Assembly (NCBI GenBank): GCA_965221125.1
Contig: CBDCRW010000006.1
Location: 64,001-128,000, forward strand
DNA length: 64,000 nucleotides
Source: Alphaproteobacteria bacterium
Lineage (GTDB): Bacteria > Pseudomonadota > Alphaproteobacteria > UBA828
Direction: 5' to 3'
The notes under the pieces are model-generated. The model saw only the letters and a list, made by a program, of their open reading frames with translations. It made no database searches and was not told the DNA's origin. Numbering within the stretch: position 1 is the stretch's first letter; each line of letters opens with the position of its first letter. Of this stretch, positions 60,505 through 64,000 are shown in pieces. Both the position numbers and the translations under genes were made by a program.

Positions 60505-61244
60505 CCTACGCCCTCAAGTTTCAGGACCTGAGCCTCGGCTACGACCGGCAACCGGCCGTGCATCGCCTGCAGGGCGAGATCGCCGAGGGCAGCCTGACGG
60601 CTATCGTCGGACCCAACGGGGCCGGCAAGTCCACGGTGTTGAAGGGGGTGACCGGCTCGCTCCGCCCGCTCGAAGGACGGATCGCCTTCGGCAGGCTCGC
60701 GCGGGATGACATCGCCTACCTGCCGCAGCAATCGGACGTCGATCGTTCTTTCCCGATCGTCGTCTCCGACCTGGTGGCGATGGGCCTCTGGCGGGAGATC
60801 GGCGGCTTTGCCGGCTTGCGCGCCGTTCACCGCGAACGCGTCGCCGAGGCGATTTCCGCGGTCGGCCTCGACGGGTTCGAGGGACGGCCGATCGGCTCGC
60901 TGTCGGGGGGGCAGGTACAGCGCGCGCTCTTTGCCCGCCTGCTGCTGCAGGACGCACGGCTCGTCCTGCTCGACGAGCCCTTCACGGCAATCGACGCGAG
61001 AACGGCGGCGGACCTGATCGGCGTGGTGCGGCGCTGGCACGGCGAAGGCCGCACGGTGCTCGCCGTCCTGCACGACGTCGACACGGTGCGGGCTCACTTC
61101 CCCCGCACGCTGATGCTGGCGCGCGAACTCGTCGCTCATGGACCCACGGCGCAGGTGCTGACGGCCGAAAACCAGTTCCGCGCGCGCCAGATGTGCGAGG
61201 CCTGCGCCGGCCCCCCGCACACATGCGGGCGTGACGCTGCATGA
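60501..61244 (+). CDS. Zn/Mn ABC transporter ATP-binding protein (ZnuC/AztA-like)
   Basis: GPNGAGKST, AYLPQ, LSGGQVQR, LLDEPF; C-terminal CEAC...C. Confidence 0.92.
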   Translation: MTYALKFQDLSLGYDRQPAVHRLQGEIAEGSLTAIVGPNGAGKSTVLKGVTGSLRPLEGRIAFGRLARDDIAYLPQQSDVDRSFPIVVSDLVAMGLWREIGGFAGLRAVHRERVAEAISAVGLDGFEGRPIGSLSGGQVQRALFARLLLQDARLVLLDEPFTAIDARTAADLIGVVRRWHGEGRTVLAVLHDVDTVRAHFPRTLMLARELVAHGPTAQVLTAENQFRARQMCEACAGPPHTCGRDAA

Positions 61245-62110
61245 TCTGGGAGTTCCTCGTCCAGCCCTTCGCCGATTTCGGCTTCATGCGGCGCGCGCTG
61301 ATGGGCTGTATTGCGATCTCGGTCGGCGCGACTCCGGTCGGGGTGTTCCTGATGCTGCGCCGCATGAGCCTGACGGGCGACGCGATGGCCCATGCGATCC
61401 TGCCGGGTGCGGCCGTCGGCTATCTCGTCTCGGGCCTCTCTCTCGGGGCGATGACCATCGGCGGGCTGATCGCGGGCATGGCCGTGGCGCTCCTCGCGGG
61501 CTTCGTGACCCGGGTCACGGCGCTGCGCGAGGACGCGAGCCTCGCGGCCTTCTACCTGATCTCGCTGGCGGTGGGCGTGCTGATCGTGTCTACCCGGGGC
61601 AGCAACGTCGACCTCATGCACGTGCTCTTCGGGACCGTGCTCGCGCTTGACGACGACGCCCTGATCCTGCTCTGTTCCATCGCGAGCATTTCGGTCTTCG
61701 CGCTCGCGGCCCTGTTCCGGCCGCTCGTGCTCGAATGCGCGGACCCGCAGTTCCTGCGCTCGGTGAGCGGGCTCAGCGCCGTGACGCATTTCGCGTTTCT
61801 TGCCCTCGTCGTGGTCAACCTCGTGGCCGGCTTTCACGCGCTCGGCACGCTGATGGCCGTCGGCATCATGATCCTTCCCGCCGCCGCCGCGCGGTTCTGG
61901 GCAGTCGGCATCGGCGCCCTGATCGCCGTCGCGGTCTTGGTCGCGATGCTCTCGAGCCTGACCGGCCTTCTGCTCTCCTACCACTTCAGCCTGCCGTCCG
62001 GGCCGGCGATCATCCTTGTCGCGGGTCTCGCCTACGCGCTGTCGCTGGTCTTCGGACCGGTGGGCGGTCTCGCCACGCGGGCCTTCCCGCGCCGCCATCT
62101 CGAAGCATAA
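61241..62110 (+). CDS. Zn/Mn ABC transporter permease (ZnuB/AztB-like)
   Basis: FMRRAL, RRMSLTGDAMAHAILPG, DLMHVLFG, LPSGPAII. Confidence 0.93.
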   Translation: MIWEFLVQPFADFGFMRRALMGCIAISVGATPVGVFLMLRRMSLTGDAMAHAILPGAAVGYLVSGLSLGAMTIGGLIAGMAVALLAGFVTRVTALREDASLAAFYLISLAVGVLIVSTRGSNVDLMHVLFGTVLALDDDALILLCSIASISVFALAALFRPLVLECADPQFLRSVSGLSAVTHFAFLALVVVNLVAGFHALGTLMAVGIMILPAAAARFWAVGIGALIAVAVLVAMLSSLTGLLLSYHFSLPSGPAIILVAGLAYALSLVFGPVGGLATRAFPRRHLEA

Positions 62111-62290
62111 GTGGCTTGGTTCGGCGCCCGGAACCGCCGTCAGCCTGTGTCCCGGCCGCAGAGCCGCAACACGTGCGGGCATGACGGAGTGGGTGCAAGG
62201 GAGAGGTGAGCCCCTTTATGCGGACGCACTCCGCTTGCCGGGCGCTCCGACCGCTCCCATGTCTCGCCCGACACCGAACCGAGGCCCACG

Positions 62291-62389
62291 ATGGAACGCG
62301 TTGGCGTCACCGAGGCCAGACGGCACCTGCCCCGGCTGCTCGACCGCGCAGCCCAGGGCGAGAGCCTGACCATCACGCGCCACGGCAAG
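62291..62389 (+). pseudogene. Truncated Phd/YefM-family antitoxin
   Basis: MERVGVTEARRHLPRLLDRAAQGESLTITRHGK is a typical Phd N-domain; similarity stops where the PVARLVP-type segment is expected and GC drops; no toxin gene follows. Confidence 0.8.
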
Positions 62390-62535
62390 GATATCCCACG
62401 CAGTTTTCCCTCACCGACGAGCGTGACGCTTACTTCAAAGCGCCACATGCAGATAATATGCCTGTTTGCGAGCTTACTAAACGTACTCCGTCAGTACCAA
62501 AATAAATCAAGGCTGTTTTTGTGGCTTACCCTTAT

Positions 62536-63999
62536 TCACTTTCCAAATATTGCTTCTTCCAACATATTCAATGAACTTCGAAAACCCTCAAAGACATCTA
62601 CATTTCTCTCAGTTTCACACAGATACGTACACAGCTTGACCTTATTGAGCTTGCGCACAATGGCGGTGTTTGCGCCTCCCATTCTCTTTTCGCTGCTACT
62701 AAAGAATTTCTCTTCAAACACTCTCTCTGGTAACAGATTCTCGACACCATCGTTACACGTTTTGTTTGCCTCGTTACGTTCTAGTCCCCGAATGCATAAC
62801 ATGCCCTCATCGGAATTCATAACGTTCGCATCACAATCAAAAAGCAATACCACTGTTGACTTGCAGAGACTAGGATTATTGCGAAGCAACGTTTTTGCGT
62901 GTTTCAACCGATCCTTTCCTCCATCAGTTGCCCCCTTGTCTGTCTCTGTTCCCACCCAATCAAAATCTACACCTCCGACAATACGTTCGTATCCCAGCAA
63001 TTGAGCTGCCGCAGAAAAGTATTTTGGATCCGTCTGCCCCTCGAAAAGCACGAGTGGCCGATTTAGTTGCTTCACTTTTTCCGATATGCTCTCATCAAAT
63101 AGCTTCGTTCTCGATACCGCGTCGGCACAACTCATGAACTCCTTGAATCTTTCCGCCTCTATTCGTCTACCCGAAGGCAACTCTACAATCTGCACATTGT
63201 TCTCACCGTACGCATCTTCTAGTCCCAATGGCACGAATGGCGAATGACAAGATAGAATGAACTGAATTCTCGGAAACAGTTGCATCAGATGCGGTAACGT
63301 CCTTAGCTGAAAGTCACTGTGTAAGTGGGCGTCCACTTCATCCACGAGAACAATGCCAGTCATATTCTGGGTGGGACTCGCTGTAACGCCTGTATCGGCA
63401 TATCGAAGAATTGCAAAAAACATTGATAACAGTGTCGCCTGACCCGAGGATAATGCTTCGAGACTTGGCATGATTAGTTCTTTGTCTCGTACAATCTGTA
63501 GCTTTCTATCCCTCATGACCCTCCCTGTGCGCACTAACCGCGCGCTTGGTTCATTAAGGATAATCCTAAGTATGGTATTTATGTTAGCCAGCGCTGTCGA
63601 ATTGGCGGTGACATTCGTCACAATCTTATCTAAATTTGACATGCTTGACCGAAGAGAGAAGGCATCAATAGACTGATCGAGAAAAACATCGATTAGCCAG
63701 GGCTTCAGATCGTGAAACGTGCGATTCAAAACTATCGGTTTGTTTAGCTCATCTGCAAGAAGAATTTCGAAATGTGCCTGCTCTTTAGTACGATCTTCGG
63801 TTGACCAGTACGGCTCCTCTGCTCGACTTGAGGGGAAGAATGCATAACAACCGCGGCGGAATATTCTCGTAATACCATCCTTGGGACCTGTTGTCCTCTT
63901 GAATGGTTCCGATTCATCCCAGCGAAAATTGGTTGGAAACTCTGTGAACCGAGTTCGGGCAAGTTCTGATCCCACAGTGCCAGACTTGCTCACACAAAA
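62536..63999 (-). CDS. ABC/AAA_21-type ATPase fused to a TOPRIM domain (OLD-like nuclease), 5' end outside the window
   Basis: LSSGQ signature, GIVLVDEVDAHLH Walker B/D-loop, QFILSCHSP H-loop; TOPRIM LFEGQTD and LFDCD, GVENLLP; Walker A not in the window; frame open to the edge; markedly low GC. Confidence 0.8.
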   Translation of the reverse strand, partial: FCVSKSGTVGSELARTRFTEFPTNFRWDESEPFKRTTGPKDGITRIFRRGCYAFFPSSRAEEPYWSTEDRTKEQAHFEILLADELNKPIVLNRTFHDLKPWLIDVFLDQSIDAFSLRSSMSNLDKIVTNVTANSTALANINTILRIILNEPSARLVRTGRVMRDRKLQIVRDKELIMPSLEALSSGQATLLSMFFAILRYADTGVTASPTQNMTGIVLVDEVDAHLHSDFQLRTLPHLMQLFPRIQFILSCHSPFVPLGLEDAYGENNVQIVELPSGRRIEAERFKEFMSCADAVSRTKLFDESISEKVKQLNRPLVLFEGQTDPKYFSAAAQLLGYERIVGGVDFDWVGTETDKGATDGGKDRLKHAKTLLRNNPSLCKSTVVLLFDCDANVMNSDEGMLCIRGLERNEANKTCNDGVENLLPERVFEEKFFSSSEKRMGGANTAIVRKLNKVKLCTYLCETERNVDVFEGFRSSLNMLEEAIFGK

Positions 64000-64000
64000 A

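Noticed and set aside
62386-62505. Peptide QGYPTQFSLTDERDAY faintly like the C-terminal QGFP motif of cytosine methyltransferases
   Set aside because: Too short and lacks the following GN motif; cannot be supported without a search
62291-63004. 237-aa ORF as an intact gene
   Set aside because: Only the first 33 aa are Phd-like; the rest is read-through into foreign DNA antisense to the ATPase

Overview
High-GC (roughly 70% by eye) alphaproteobacterial chromosome segment, Rhodospirillales-like; the swf-type PKS suggests a marine sponge symbiont. Housekeeping blocks lie at the left (TPR/M48 tail, thiS-thiG, aroQ-accB-accC-aat, DUF2155, mlaD) and near 51.6-55.4 kb (upp, yhhQ-like, rpmB, hslVU). 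The accessory DNA between them holds: (i) a monomodular fully reducing type I PKS/FAS (KS-AT-DH-pseudoMT-ER-KR-ACP) coupled to a thioester-reductase/sulfotransferase fusion (swfA/swfB-type, predicted alkyl-sulfate lipid); (ii) a secreted His-rich beta-propeller, a PDZ-less S41 peptidase and a PCu(A)C copper chaperone in one apparent operon; (iii) a sugar ABC transporter; (iv) a cyclic-amide/N-heterocycle catabolic island with two hydantoinase/oxoprolinase systems, an HpaB-like monooxygenase, PuuE, a cyclase and a cysteine hydrolase; (v) a B12 radical-SAM gene and a CoA-transferase/HMG-CoA-lyase pair. Right of hslU is a decayed, variable region: a 10-bp-phased repeat array, a cytochrome P450 relic, a large 2OG-Fe(II) oxygenase, a folE / zur-znuCB divergon with a Zur box but no binding protein, and a truncated Phd antitoxin abutting a low-GC ABC-ATPase-TOPRIM (OLD-like) gene that runs off the window. 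Several GC-rich hairpin-array repeats sit in intergenic spaces. No rRNA, tRNA, CRISPR array, integrase or transposase was recognised. All calls come from motif recognition; no database searches were run.
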